A stretch of 64,000 nucleotides of DNA from Rhodobacterales bacterium (GTDB lineage: Bacteria; Pseudomonadota; Alphaproteobacteria; Rhodobacterales; CAZPXZ01). Below are positions 50,736 through 61,609 of this stretch, piece by piece (position 1 is the first letter of the stretch; every line of letters starts with the position of its first letter). The position numbers were made by a program, and so were the translations under genes. Under the pieces are notes generated by a model. The model saw only the letters and a list, made by a program, of their open reading frames with translations, did no database searches and was not told where the DNA came from. The DNA lies in contig OZ244777.1 in assembly GCA_965219495.1 (NCBI GenBank), positions 4,150,419 to 4,214,418 of the forward strand. The letters are read 5' to 3'.

Positions 50736-53700
50736 CTAAGCTGCCGCCGTCCGCCGCTCCGGCGGAATCGAGACGTCCACCACGCAGATCGAGATCAGCC
50801 ACCGCTCTTCCTCAGGCAGCGACTCCTCAAGCCGCCGCCTAACGTCCTCGGACGTCTCCGGCGACCAATCGCCGTGCTTGGTCGGTCGGCACTTCTCCGT
50901 GTCTCCGAACCAGAGCACCAGATAGATTCCGAAGCCGGCCGCGCCGGGATCCCGCGTGTACTTCGCAATCAATTGCTCCCCGACAGCCTCCCAGAGATCG
51001 TCATGGCAGCTTCGCTTGATCTCCACCGGAACATTGAAACCCGCGAAGCTCACTCGAATGTCCGCCCGCTTATCCTCGGCGTAGACGCTTTCCGGCTGCG
51101 CGTCGATCCCGAGACGCGCGAGCCGCAGCTCGAGATCTGATAACAGCGCGTCCCGGCATGCGTCCTCGGGCCTCGGATCCGTTGGACGCCTGTACCCGTC
51201 CAAGTTCCAGTGCTGCCGCCAGTCCGACGTACTTCCGTCCCGAATCCTCCTGGCGAGACCCTCCAGTTCGTCCAAGACCAGCGCCGCCAAATCCGACGGG
51301 TTCGCCGGCCTGCGGTTGGCCAGCGTCTCGAGCACGCTGCCAATGTCGCAATGCCGGTACTCGTCCTCCCTGCGCTTTCCCGCCTGCCGCCCGCGCGCGT
51401 CCCTGATCGCCGGCAACCACGGTGCCGCCTCCGGTTTCTCTTCGAGCGCCGCAAGTGCTTCCCCTGCCGACCTGCTCGTGTCGTCCCCGAACTTGGCGAT
51501 CAGTTCCGCCACGAACCAGAACGCCCTGTTCGTCAGGATGTTCCTGCGGTACGCCGCCCCAAGCGCGGCGACCAGCGGTTCAATGTCACTCGCGGATAAA
51601 CTCCGCCAGACATCCGATCGCGGGACGCTCGCCAATTCCACGAACATCACCAGCCAAGTCAGCCCTTCGTCGTCGTCCGCCAAAGCCCGGATGTCCGCCC
51701 CGTAGCGGTCCGGTGCCGTGAAGTATCCGGCAGACACCCAGCAGGCCCGCTCCCCCGCCGGCTGGCCCCCTCTTTCGAGCCGCTCAACGATCACCCGATC
51801 CACGTCCGCCTGGCCGCATCGCTCCAGCGCCGCGTGCAGCGCCCAGCAGAGCGACACCAGCGACGCCGCTGTATCCGCCCTCGGGAACCGCTTAAGAACC
51901 GGCAGCGCCGCCAGCGCGGCGACCTCGCGGTGGTCGTCGACATCCGCCAATTCGCGTAGTTCCCGCGCTTGCCGCACGCCCGACGCGAGTTTCCGCGCCG
52001 CAGTGCGGCAAACCACGTCGGCCACCAGCGCCGGATCGTCGCGGAGCAGCGCTCGGAACCACTCCGGCCGGTAGATCCCCGCCCCGTCCGTGCTGTCCGG
52101 GTCCACCAGCCGGCGCGGGAGCGTGTAGAGAATCGTCAACGCCAGCCGGATCTGCCAGTCCTCCAGGTTGCCCACCGCGAGCCGCCCCGACCGTTCCAAG
52201 CTGTGCAGTCCGGCCGCGAACGGCAGCACGCGCCAATCGACTCGATCTCTGTCGGCCAGCCGCACCACATCGTCGCCACCGGGCAGATCTTCGCCCCCGA
52301 CCGCCTCTTCGAGCGCGGCCACCAGAACATCGACCAGTTCCTCCGAACCGCCAACCAGACTCCCCAGACGGTCCCGGGGCGTATTCCCCGCAGCGTCCTC
52401 GCGGTTCCCAAGATACGCCTCGGCCACCCGATGCAGGGCCTCGGGCGTCGCGCGCAACGCCGCATTCCATGCCGCCGCCATGTCCTCCCGCGAGTCCTCC
52501 TCCTGCGCATCCGCCAGCGATGCCCCCTCCGCGCTGACCTCGCGCGGGGTGCCCGGTCCTTCTCGGCGTCGCACAACCGCCTCGAACCGATTCAGCAACG
52601 GCTCGTTGTCCGCCAGCTCCGCCCGGACGCTCTCCACCGTCAGCCCGCGCGCGCCGCTCCTCTCCGCCACGCTGTCGAGCAGTTCCCCGAGATAGAAGGA
52701 CGCGGCCCGTCCGTCCTCGGCGCCGAGCGCCATCTCGAGGCACCACGGCGCGTAGTCGAACGGGCGTGCCCCGAACAGCCGCCGGTCGACCAGTCCCAAG
52801 CAGTCTTCGCCGTTCTCGAGGGACCTCTCCACACCCCGCACGATCAGGACCTTTAGCGCGTCCTGGTTCCACCGCAGATCGAACCCTACGAGGCTCCTTT
52901 CCCGCTCCGGCAGACCGAGCCCCGGATCCGAAACCACGCCCAGCCAGTCGTACATGCGGTCCGGTGCAATCTCGGCGTCCTTGTCCCTGAAGATTTGTTT
53001 CAGCAGCTCCACCGGCAGATTTCCCATCCGGGTGTACAGCGCCACGCGGCGGACCATGAACGGCCTGAAATCCTCGAACCTGGCCACAATCCCGTCCAGC
53101 AGGTCGGCCAGCTGTTCGGGTGCGGACTCCCTCGGGACATGGTTCACCCAGAATCGCGAGTACTCACCACCTGTCTCCACCAGCTTCGGTGCCCTCAGGT
53201 ACCGCAACGCTTCGGCAACCAACAGCACCTCCGGGTAGAGCGCCTTCAGCAGAATGCCCAGCAGTTCGTCCTGGGGATCGTCCAGCCTCCCCTCGTGGAT
53301 CTCGGCCGCCATCCCCGCGAGCGCATCGAAGCCGAGTCGATCCTGCACCGCATAGCCGGTCAACACGTCGAGTGCGGCGCACCGGACGCCCTGCCCCCAG
53401 CTCGGATCGCGCACCGTCTCCTCCAGAACGCACGCGAGCGCCGGCAACGGCTCCCCGTCCGCCAGCAACTGCATCAGCAGCATCACGTAGGACTGGTGCT
53501 CGTGGTCGCGCTCCGGGTCCGACAGGATCTCCAGGAACATTCCTTCAAGCTCCGCCGATACGATCGCGCCGATGCCGGACACCTTCCCCATCGATCGCGA
53601 GCACCACGGATTCCACGCAGTCTCCCGGCGCAGGTTTCGCACAATCTCCCGCTTCTCGTCGGCCGAATAGGTGTCGCGTTCGCCCGCGTAGATCAGCCCG

Positions 53701-54830
53701 CTCGCGTCGAACCGGCTGAGCCTTTTCCGCGACGCCTTGTTGTGCACCGCCAGCCAGGAGACGAAGTTCTGGAAGGCCGCCAGCAGACCGCCGTCCGACC
53801 CGGTGATCAGGGCAAGAACCCGCTCCAGCGGCAGCCCTGCGTCCAAGAGCCCCGAGACATGCTTGGCCGCGAGGAACTCGGCGATCTGCCGGTGCGCCGG
53901 CGCCAGCCTCCCCTCCGACACGCCCTCGAACAGGCGCGTGCCCAGCACCTGCCACGGCCCGCGCCGCGGGTCGCCGTCGACCTCTGCGACCGATGGGTAG
54001 TCGGCCTTGGGCACCGCCCGGTCCGGCAGCGTGTAGCCCGCCCCGCCGGAAAGCAGTTGCCCGGCGCACAGCCGACCGGCCGCCTCAATGAGGGACTCGG
54101 TGTCGGTGGCAGCCGGGTTTGCGGCCCGATGCTCCCCGTTCGTCTCCCGGGCGAGCATGCGGCAGGCGTTCTCGAACGTCTCCGTGCGGGAATCCGGCCA
54201 CTTTCCCACCGCCACCGATTTCGCGAGCAGGTCGAGGTTCTGCGGGTTCCGCAGCAGCCGGTCGACTCCCCGCTTCCGCGCTGCGGCGATGAACCCGTCG
54301 CCGTCCTCCACGCCGTGGTTCTTAGCGAGAATGTCCTTGATGTCGCGTTCGGACAGGGGATCCAGGCGGACCACCACGACCGTCCCGTCCGGTGAGACCT
54401 TCTCCAATCCTTCCTTGTCGTTCGCCGCCAGCCAGTCGGCCCACCGGCACGACAGCCGAAAGCGCGGGCGTCCCAGACCGTCGAGCTTTCTTCGGACCTC
54501 GTCTAGCGGCGTCCGCCCGTCCTCCGTGCCGGCGCGGGACTCGTCGAGCCCGTCCAGAAACAAGGTGACGCCATGCCACTCTGGATCGTCGTCAAAGGTC
54601 CGAAAATCCCGCACGGTCACGTACGCGGCCCCTTCCCTGGCGGCCTCGCTCCTGAACGCCGTCGTCTTGCCAGCACCCGGTTCCGCGATCAAAACGTACG
54701 CCCCCGCACCCGCGTGGTCGATCAGCACCGTCGACTTTCCGGCCGCCCGCTCTCGCTCGCTCTCGTCCACCACCGTGCAGGTTCTCGGAGCAACGTAGCT
54801 CGTTGGCGCGCCCATGTGCTGCTCACTCAT
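50736..54830 (-). CDS. STAND/NACHT NTPase with C-terminal PD-(D/E)xK nuclease-like domain
   Basis: 1364 aa; AEPGAGKTT, LFLDGLDE, LSCR, NPQNL, HRQIAEFLAA; C-terminal KRADI...VEIK...QLIAKY...GIYLVLWFG. Confidence 0.85.
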   Translation of the reverse strand: MSEQHMGAPTSYVAPRTCTVVDESERERAAGKSTVLIDHAGAGAYVLIAEPGAGKTTAFRSEAAREGAAYVTVRDFRTFDDDPEWHGVTLFLDGLDESRAGTEDGRTPLDEVRRKLDGLGRPRFRLSCRWADWLAANDKEGLEKVSPDGTVVVVRLDPLSERDIKDILAKNHGVEDGDGFIAAARKRGVDRLLRNPQNLDLLAKSVAVGKWPDSRTETFENACRMLARETNGEHRAANPAATDTESLIEAAGRLCAGQLLSGGAGYTLPDRAVPKADYPSVAEVDGDPRRGPWQVLGTRLFEGVSEGRLAPAHRQIAEFLAAKHVSGLLDAGLPLERVLALITGSDGGLLAAFQNFVSWLAVHNKASRKRLSRFDASGLIYAGERDTYSADEKREIVRNLRRETAWNPWCSRSMGKVSGIGAIVSAELEGMFLEILSDPERDHEHQSYVMLLMQLLADGEPLPALACVLEETVRDPSWGQGVRCAALDVLTGYAVQDRLGFDALAGMAAEIHEGRLDDPQDELLGILLKALYPEVLLVAEALRYLRAPKLVETGGEYSRFWVNHVPRESAPEQLADLLDGIVARFEDFRPFMVRRVALYTRMGNLPVELLKQIFRDKDAEIAPDRMYDWLGVVSDPGLGLPERERSLVGFDLRWNQDALKVLIVRGVERSLENGEDCLGLVDRRLFGARPFDYAPWCLEMALGAEDGRAASFYLGELLDSVAERSGARGLTVESVRAELADNEPLLNRFEAVVRRREGPGTPREVSAEGASLADAQEEDSREDMAAAWNAALRATPEALHRVAEAYLGNREDAAGNTPRDRLGSLVGGSEELVDVLVAALEEAVGGEDLPGGDDVVRLADRDRVDWRVLPFAAGLHSLERSGRLAVGNLEDWQIRLALTILYTLPRRLVDPDSTDGAGIYRPEWFRALLRDDPALVADVVCRTAARKLASGVRQARELRELADVDDHREVAALAALPVLKRFPRADTAASLVSLCWALHAALERCGQADVDRVIVERLERGGQPAGERACWVSAGYFTAPDRYGADIRALADDDEGLTWLVMFVELASVPRSDVWRSLSASDIEPLVAALGAAYRRNILTNRAFWFVAELIAKFGDDTSRSAGEALAALEEKPEAAPWLPAIRDARGRQAGKRREDEYRHCDIGSVLETLANRRPANPSDLAALVLDELEGLARRIRDGSTSDWRQHWNLDGYRRPTDPRPEDACRDALLSDLELRLARLGIDAQPESVYAEDKRADIRVSFAGFNVPVEIKRSCHDDLWEAVGEQLIAKYTRDPGAAGFGIYLVLWFGDTEKCRPTKHGDWSPETSEDVRRRLEESLPEEERWLISICVVDVSIPPERRTAAA

Positions 54831-55108
54831 CGCTCGTCTTCCTAACCTCCAGCTCCTTCACGCATTGCCAGGGACCTACTGGGACCGCGTTCTCAGATCG
54901 CGCCGCGTGCTCTCCTGCGCGCGCTGCCTTCGCAAGCCCGCGTCCAGACCAACCGGACCATCTCGTCACGTGATAGATCGCAACCCTTCCCGTCGGGGAC
55001 ACTCGGGCCGGCGGTAGTAGAGCCCCGGCGCCAGGTAGCCCGCTACGCAGTCCACCGGTTGTCACCTTCACTCAACCCTCGTCAGATGCCAACGCACACT
55101 TGCCGCAT

Positions 55109-55879
55109 TCAGGGCACTTCTTGGAATCGGATCTCGAAACGCGCGTCGTCGAGTACTGCCCAAAGCATCGGCAACTCCCGATACTCCTCGCTCAAACTCC
55201 CTACCACCGTCCCGTCCACTCGTGCACCGACCAACAACCGCGTGATGGCGTGCTTTGGGAATTCGAAGCAATGCAATGGCTTGTGTCCCACTTCCACAAC
55301 TGAGCAATTACCACTTTCGTTAGCTGAGTTCCCTTCCGGCTCCAAACCGCCCAGACACTTGGCAACCCTTACTTCTTCCTCGTAGGCCCATTCCAACGGC
55401 TTCGTCAGAAACAATCTCTGCCATTTCTCGTAATGGCTCAGAACGAAATGATGCGTAGCACCAACCACGACACCTTCCGTGAAGTTCGAAACGAGCGCTG
55501 CATTTGCTCTGACCCGAGAATAGATAACAGTCCCGAATTGGGCGGGAATCATATTTCTCCTCACATCCATGAAACCCGCAAGCTCCGTATCGATCTCCAG
55601 TACGGCACCATGGTGACCATCAGCATAGTGCGCCCACATCAACGCATTTGTGGATGAACGGGTAAGCGAAAGAATTGCGGTTCTTTCCTCCCACAAGTGG
55701 TTCTTCATGTCCGTTCGAACTTTCTCAAAGACTCCGCTTATCGGGTCCGCTTCTGCCCCCAATGGCATACGTGGTCTATCAAATGGGTCATTGAAGAACC
55801 CAGGCCGCCTAAATTCCATCTGTCCAACAGAAATGATCCTTCGGGCTGACTCAATTGAAGTGTATTTGTAGAGGATCAT
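55109..55879 (-). CDS. DUF2971 domain protein
   Basis: LYKY, FNDPFD, LMWAHYADGHHG, TKPLEWAYEEEVR. Confidence 0.85.
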   Translation of the reverse strand: MILYKYTSIESARRIISVGQMEFRRPGFFNDPFDRPRMPLGAEADPISGVFEKVRTDMKNHLWEERTAILSLTRSSTNALMWAHYADGHHGAVLEIDTELAGFMDVRRNMIPAQFGTVIYSRVRANAALVSNFTEGVVVGATHHFVLSHYEKWQRLFLTKPLEWAYEEEVRVAKCLGGLEPEGNSANESGNCSVVEVGHKPLHCFEFPKHAITRLLVGARVDGTVVGSLSEEYRELPMLWAVLDDARFEIRFQEVP

Positions 55880-56928
55880 CGCAGTGGCTCCATGCAGTCG
55901 GCACTACCCAAAAGCAGTGCTTGACCGCTTTCATCTGGAGTTCGCCACGTATTGCGGGCAGTCGCTACTCGTCCCATCGCTTGTCCCAACCCGTCCGAAT
56001 CGTTGAAGCCAGGTACATCGAGATTTCCTGTATGCCGTTTGGTCGCTCATGTGGCAGCCTGCACGTTGCAGAAACGTGCACTCCGCCCCCTATTCTTGCT
56101 CCACGCTATCTTCGTCATGGCGCACCTTCGAGAGACCCGCAGCCACCAGTCCAGCCGGCACTGCGACGATTCTCAACCCACACATCAGGATTATGAACGT
56201 GAATATCTTGCCACCTGCCGTGATGGGATAAACATCACCGTTGACCTGCCCCTGGCGACTGGTCCAGTGCGGTAGTCAACCCGTCCTTCCGGTCACTCAT
56301 TGCCAGTAGGCCTTCATCACCGCCAGCCTCGATCACGCGATCGAAGAACTCTCCGTATTCGACCTCCTTCTCGCGGTCTGCGGGTTCCGTGTGGACCACC
56401 TCGCCCTCCACCGTGTACCGAAACGTCCCTTTCACGCTAACCACGATGTGTCAAACGACAACTATGATGGCCACCAGCGACAACTATCATGCCGCACATT
56501 TGCGGGGCGATTTGGTCGGCGTTTTTCCGGTTCCCGGTTCCTGGCGGGTTGGCGTCTTGTCGCCGGACGATCCCATTATTCGTGCATGACGTTCGCCGTA
56601 CCGGTTCCCTGAAGGGCGCGATGCGGGCGACCGTGCGCAATGCGTGTGTTTCTTGACGGTGTCAGGATCCGGTGACGCCGATTGCCGGAGCGGCGCCCTG
56701 GTTTCGGCGTGTGGCACCCTGCCTGCGGGGGTTGGCGGCTTGCTGCCTGGCCGGGTGGGTGGATGAGGCGTAGCCGGGTTCACGGAACTCGATGGCGCCA
56801 CCGCTTGGCGGGTGCTTCGGATGCCCGCGATATGACGGCTTGCGGGGAGGCCGGCATGGCTGCCGGTCGGCAGCGGGGGCGGCGCCGGATTTCGGGCTGC
56901 CCCCGGCAGGGGGTTGAGCTGGTGCGGG

Positions 56929-59435
56929 CTGCCCATTAGTCAGTTTTTAACTGGACGTATCCAATTGTACAGCGGGCTTTCCTCGCCATTCTTGATCAGG
57001 CGCTCCATTGCCTGCGTCGCGACAGCCAGGCGGGTGTAGCCTTCCCAGATCACCTGATGACCGGGTGGTGCGTCATGCTTCCGGTTGAGGTAGCCGCCCA
57101 GCCGCGCGATCAGCAGGATCGCGCAGCCAAGCGACAGCGGTGGAACCTCCCGGCCTTTGGCAACCGCCGTTGGAGCGCGGTCGCCGGGTTGCGCGGCAGT
57201 CGAGGGAAGAGCAATCCCGCGTTCGATCGCAAAATCGCACAACACCGCGATTTCAACCTTCGAGAACATGGTTTCGGCAAGCAGTTCCGGGGTCTCGCGC
57301 CCGAGCAGGGTCAGCGCGGCCAGCCGGTAGGCGATGATCGCGTTGATGGTGACCGCGCGCTTGATCCGTTCCGCTGTCGTATGGGCAATCTTCTCGACAT
57401 CGCAACCGCTCTTGAGGATCCGGTGATAGTCCTCGATGCGCCAGCGAAGGCCATACAGATCCACCACCTCCCGGGCCTGTTGGTCGGTCGTCACCGACAC
57501 GGTGGTGATCAAGAGCCATTCGATCCCCTCCGCGCCTTTCGGCGGTTCCGCCTCGTGCACATGGACCACCGACAGCGGCGCCGGCGCCGCGCCAAGGCGC
57601 GCTTTCTGTTTCGCCGGCATCGGCATCTCGATGCGCTCCCAGCGCAGCGCGACGCGCGCCAGGCGCGCCTCGCGGCCCGCGAACGCTTTCTGACCGCGCG
57701 CCGCCTTGCGCGCAGAGGCCCGGTCAACCTTGACCTCCAGCGCCGCCCGAACCGGCGTCGCACGCATCGTCGCGAACAGCTTGCCGCCATCGCCGAGAAC
57801 ACGGTCGTGCTTCGCCCGCACGAGCAGCGCCGCGCCACCCTCATCGCGATGCGCCGCGAACAGTTCAGCCAAGTCACCCTCGCGATCCATGACCGAAATC
57901 ACCCGCGTATCCGCGAGATCCGCCACCAGCGCATTGGTGTCGCGCCAGCCCCGCAGCCAGCGCTGCGTCTTCTTCTCCGCCGCCGGCTTGTTCTTGTCCG
58001 ACTTCCCGTCCGGGGCATCGAATTCGATGCGCGGGATGCCGAGCGGCACCCCCTCCGCGTTCACTGCAAAGGTCGTGTGCATATGCAGCCCCAACGTGCC
58101 CGAAGCCCCCTTGTTCTTCGAGATCACCCCGAGACCCGAACAGCCATGATGGGTCGCGAAGTTCAGGTCGCTGCCGTCCTGGATGCAAAGCACCGTCGGG
58201 TGTCCCCGCATGCGACGCAGCGTCCGCCCCCGGTGCGTCGCCAGCATCGCCTCCGGCGTCAACGCCGACTCGTCAGGCCGCTCGATCATTCGATAATATC
58301 CCTGCACCGCCGCCGCATCGCCACAGGCGGCGGAAAAGAACGTCTTCGCCGGCGCCGCCGCCTGGATTGCGGCGCTTTTCACCAGCCGCTTGCACAGCGC
58401 CGCATTGCCGACCGGCGCAGCGCCGAATTCATTTGCCGCCCAGTTCTCCCGGTCCAGCCCGTCACCCGGGCCAAGTACCCGCGGGGTCGGCCGCGGCGGC
58501 GCAGCGCCCAGCCCGGCAACCCCCAACTGCCGTCGCCAGTTCCGGGCCAGCGGGTACATGTAGATCGCCTTCGCCGGCACGCGGGCGCCCGCCGCAGCGC
58601 GCCGGCCGCGGCCCGCCGTCTCGCCGACATAGGTCCAGTTCGCCGCCCGCAGGCTGACCCCGCTCTGTCCCGGCCCGACAAAGGTCTCGACCAGAAGCGG
58701 TGCGACACCATAGCGCGCCGCGTAGTCACCGGCCATCGCACGCAGGCACAGGCTGAGCGCCTTCGAGGCCAGGTTCCGGCACCCGGTCCCGGGACGGACA
58801 AGAAAACGTGACAGCCCCACTACCCGGTCAAGATGCGCCTCGCGGCGGCCCGCGTCCCATCCGATCCAGCGGTCGCGCGGCTGCAGCGCCAGCGCCGAGG
58901 CGGCGAACAGGCAGCCGCCGAGCCAGCCGTGCTCCGAGCCGATCAGATACCGAAGCTGCCGCCCCACATGCACAACCGCCCCCTGCGGATGTTCCCGCCG
59001 CATCATCTCGTTGAACCGGCGCCGATCCGCTTCCTCATCGACCCGCAGCGCCACAAGACCGTCGATCCGGTCGACACGATCCGGAACATCGACCGCCGCC
59101 GGAACCGGCTCGGCCAAGCCTTGCGCCGTCCGCCCGACACCGGAACCGGGACCTGGCGGCGGCAGCACAATACCCCCCGCACGCTCAAGCTCCCGCAGCG
59201 CCGACAGGCATCCCGCCTCCTGCAGCCGGCCACGCGGATCGCGGAAATCGAAACGCGCGCAAACCTCGCGCACCAAAGCCGAGCGACCGGAAAACACATC
59301 CGGCGCCGGAAGCGCCGCCAATGTCTCCCGTCCTGCTTCCGAAAACAGGGTGCGGCGAATCAAATTCTGTGCAAGCATGCACCCTGATAACAGGTGAATT
59401 AAAAAAAGTCCAGCAGCAAAAAGCGCAATGGGCAG
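56929..59435 (-). mobile_element. IS4-family element, copy 2 (2507 bp)
   Basis: Same ends as copy 1; exact 8-bp duplication GGTGCGGG. Confidence 0.93.
56940..59378 (-). CDS. DUF4338 (DruA-like)-IS4 transposase fusion, copy 2
   Basis: Translation appears identical to 21798-24236. Confidence 0.88.
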   Translation of the reverse strand: MLAQNLIRRTLFSEAGRETLAALPAPDVFSGRSALVREVCARFDFRDPRGRLQEAGCLSALRELERAGGIVLPPPGPGSGVGRTAQGLAEPVPAAVDVPDRVDRIDGLVALRVDEEADRRRFNEMMRREHPQGAVVHVGRQLRYLIGSEHGWLGGCLFAASALALQPRDRWIGWDAGRREAHLDRVVGLSRFLVRPGTGCRNLASKALSLCLRAMAGDYAARYGVAPLLVETFVGPGQSGVSLRAANWTYVGETAGRGRRAAAGARVPAKAIYMYPLARNWRRQLGVAGLGAAPPRPTPRVLGPGDGLDRENWAANEFGAAPVGNAALCKRLVKSAAIQAAAPAKTFFSAACGDAAAVQGYYRMIERPDESALTPEAMLATHRGRTLRRMRGHPTVLCIQDGSDLNFATHHGCSGLGVISKNKGASGTLGLHMHTTFAVNAEGVPLGIPRIEFDAPDGKSDKNKPAAEKKTQRWLRGWRDTNALVADLADTRVISVMDREGDLAELFAAHRDEGGAALLVRAKHDRVLGDGGKLFATMRATPVRAALEVKVDRASARKAARGQKAFAGREARLARVALRWERIEMPMPAKQKARLGAAPAPLSVVHVHEAEPPKGAEGIEWLLITTVSVTTDQQAREVVDLYGLRWRIEDYHRILKSGCDVEKIAHTTAERIKRAVTINAIIAYRLAALTLLGRETPELLAETMFSKVEIAVLCDFAIERGIALPSTAAQPGDRAPTAVAKGREVPPLSLGCAILLIARLGGYLNRKHDAPPGHQVIWEGYTRLAVATQAMERLIKNGEESPLYNWIRPVKN

Positions 59436-59798
59436 GGTGCGGGCCCGGTTCTCGAGTACGCCGGAGGGCCGGGTCATTTCCACCGGCGAGTTCGCGGCCT
59501 GATCACCCCGGGCGCGATGCGCTCGACATGCGCGGGCGTCGGTTCGGGTGGAAGTGGGGGCTGCTGGTGGGGGCGCCGATGGCGGCTCTACCGCGGTCGG
59601 CATTTGCGTTCGCGGCGCGCCGGCGGTTGCGGCATGTGGGGTTTGGTCGGCATGCGCCGGCGATGCGGTCTTCGGGGTGGTATGGGTGCGAGCCCGCGAA
59701 CCGCATGACGGCAGCCGAAGGCTGTCCGCTTCCTCCTCCGACCGGCTTCGGCGCAGGGTCCTGCCCGGCGCTGCCGGGCGGGCGTGCGGCGTTGGTGG

Positions 59799-60112
59799 TG
59801 TTGTTTTTCACTTTATTTCGGCACGTTTTTCCCAAAACATACCGTGCGCGTTTCTCGCAATGCTCCGTAACTGCCGGATGGTGTTGTCACGCGCTCGGTG
59901 CCGCGTGAACGCGCAAGGCTTCGCTACGGTTCAGGGGACAAGGACAATGGGCATCGTGCGTAAGGCATTCTACTGGCGGACAGCCTCCTGGAAAGATGCC
60001 CTGCCTGGAGAAGAATCCTGATCACGCTTTCCCGGATTAATCCAACAGTTCGCGCGCGAAACAATCTGGGACAATTCGCCCTATTTCTGCCGAGATAATT
60101 AGAAAAACAACA
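59799..60112. mobile_element. 314-bp MITE-like segment with TG...CA inverted ends
   Basis: TGTTGTTTTTCactttatttcggca vs TGTTGTTTTTCtaattatctcggca (reverse complement of the right end); no target duplication seen. Confidence 0.45.
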
Positions 60113-60513
60113 CGCTTCGCCGCGAGGTCCTTCAGGAACAGCGCGTTCATCGTGCCCTTGACCCCGACGTGAAGCTCGCTGATCTCGCCCTCGGCCAGCG
60201 TGACGACCGTCACGCCGGCGAAGCGCAGGTGCTTGTACAGCACCGCCACATCCACCTGGTCGCGGCTCACCCTGTCGAGGGCCTCGGCCACCACAACGTC
60301 GGACACGCCGCGCCGCGCGTCCTCCAGAAGCGCCTGCACGGCGGGGCGCAGGATCACGCTGTCGCCCGAGATGGCGGCGTCGCGGTAGCACCCGCCAATC
60401 TTCCAGTCCTCCCGCTCCGCATGCTCGCGGCAGACCCGGAACTGGTCCTCGATCGACGCCGCCCGCTGCTGGTCGGACGAATGGCGGGAATAGAGCGCGG
60501 CGCGCATGGTCAT
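60113..60513 (-). pseudogene. Serine recombinase, only the N-terminal catalytic domain left
   Basis: RAALYSRHSSDQQ..SIEDQ, DAAISG, EALDRVSRD; breaks after FLKDLAAK at the 60112 inverted end. Confidence 0.9.
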
Positions 60514-60526
60514 GGGGCAGGGTCTC

Positions 60527-60724
60527 CTATCTCTCGCCGGCGTCCTTCGTCGGCGCGTTGTCGTTGGCGGCCTCCCGCCGCCCGCATTCCTCGCGCGCGA
60601 TCCGGCGCCCGAGCAGCCGGGCCAGCGTCATGACGGCGGCCTCGATCCGGGCTTCGGCCCCGCCATTGTCGTTCGCCGGCAAGCCTCGCGCGGCGGCAAA
60701 CTCGCGATCCTCCCAGTCGGCCAT
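60527..60724 (-). CDS. Small hypothetical protein
   Basis: 65 aa with two ANDN motifs; GGAGAG RBS; directly upstream of the recombinase. Confidence 0.55.
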   Translation of the reverse strand: MADWEDREFAAARGLPANDNGGAEARIEAAVMTLARLLGRRIAREECGRREAANDNAPTKDAGER

Positions 60725-60917
60725 CTCTCCATGTCTCCCTCGACATGTCGCTCCCGGGAGTGGATTTGAACCGCGATTTAGCGGGAGTCAAACCGCTCCG
60801 ATAGGGAAGTTCCTGCATGGAATCATACACTTGCGTAAATCCGGGTGGACATGTCGGGACAGGCGGCGTCTGGAGTGCGATGAAAAAAATCTGTCGGACT
60901 TTGCGGAGCCATGCGGC

Positions 60918-61319
60918 TCACGACTCTTCCAGTTCGAAGACAGGAATATCCATGGCGCGGGCGACGGCGATCATTCGGCGGTCGTAGGCCGCGAGTTCGA
61001 CAGCCTGACCGTGATCGAGCAAATACGCGCATGATGCCAGATGCAGCGCATCGAGCGTCCGCAACGGGGCAGGACCGGGAAAGGCGTCCAGCGCCCGCGC
61101 GAGCACCGACGGGGCAAGCTCTAGCATCGCAACCCGTCCGATCAGCCAGCGGGCCGCCTCGCCGTGGGAATCGGCGAGCCCGCGCGCATGCAACGGCGTC
61201 CATAGCTCGTACTCCAGCAATCGGCTGGAAACCAAGGTCTCGTTCCAGAGCGAAACCGGAGGGCGGCGATCTTCGACCAGCAGATGCGCGAGCGCGACGG
61301 ACGTGTCGAGGTAGATCAC
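60918..61319 (-). CDS. vapC: VapC PIN toxin
   Basis: MIYLDTS...LRTLDALHLAS...AYDRRM. Confidence 0.9.
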   Translation of the reverse strand: MIYLDTSVALAHLLVEDRRPPVSLWNETLVSSRLLEYELWTPLHARGLADSHGEAARWLIGRVAMLELAPSVLARALDAFPGPAPLRTLDALHLASCAYLLDHGQAVELAAYDRRMIAVARAMDIPVFELEES

Positions 61320-61609
61320 CGGTCGCGCCGGTTCTCGTCCAGTTCGTCGAGAATCTCGTCCAGCCGGGCGATCGGCTCCGGCGTTGGCGGTGGCCCCGAG
61401 GCGGTCAGCGCCGGTGGTGTAAGCACGCCGGACCGCACCGCGTCAGCCAGGAATGCGTCGGCCAGGATCGGACTCCGTGTCTCCCTGAGCGGGCCAAGCT
61501 CCGCCACCACCTGGTCACGGTCCGTCACCAGGATGGTTTCCCCCGACGCCGCGAGCCGGACGTACTCGCTCAACCGGCTGTTCAGAACCTTGATCCCGAC
61601 CGATCTCAT
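61316..61609 (-). CDS. Phd/YefM-type antitoxin
   Basis: MRSVGIKVLNSRLSEYVRLAASGETILVTDRDQVVAEL; overlaps vapC. Confidence 0.9.
   Translation of the reverse strand: MRSVGIKVLNSRLSEYVRLAASGETILVTDRDQVVAELGPLRETRSPILADAFLADAVRSGVLTPPALTASGPPPTPEPIARLDEILDELDENRRDR

Larger units (their letters stand above)
56465..59790 (-). repeat. Copy 2 of the ~820-bp non-coding repeat, interrupted by IS4 copy 2
   Basis: Collinear reverse-complement match to 7255-8071 on both sides of the IS4. Confidence 0.8.
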
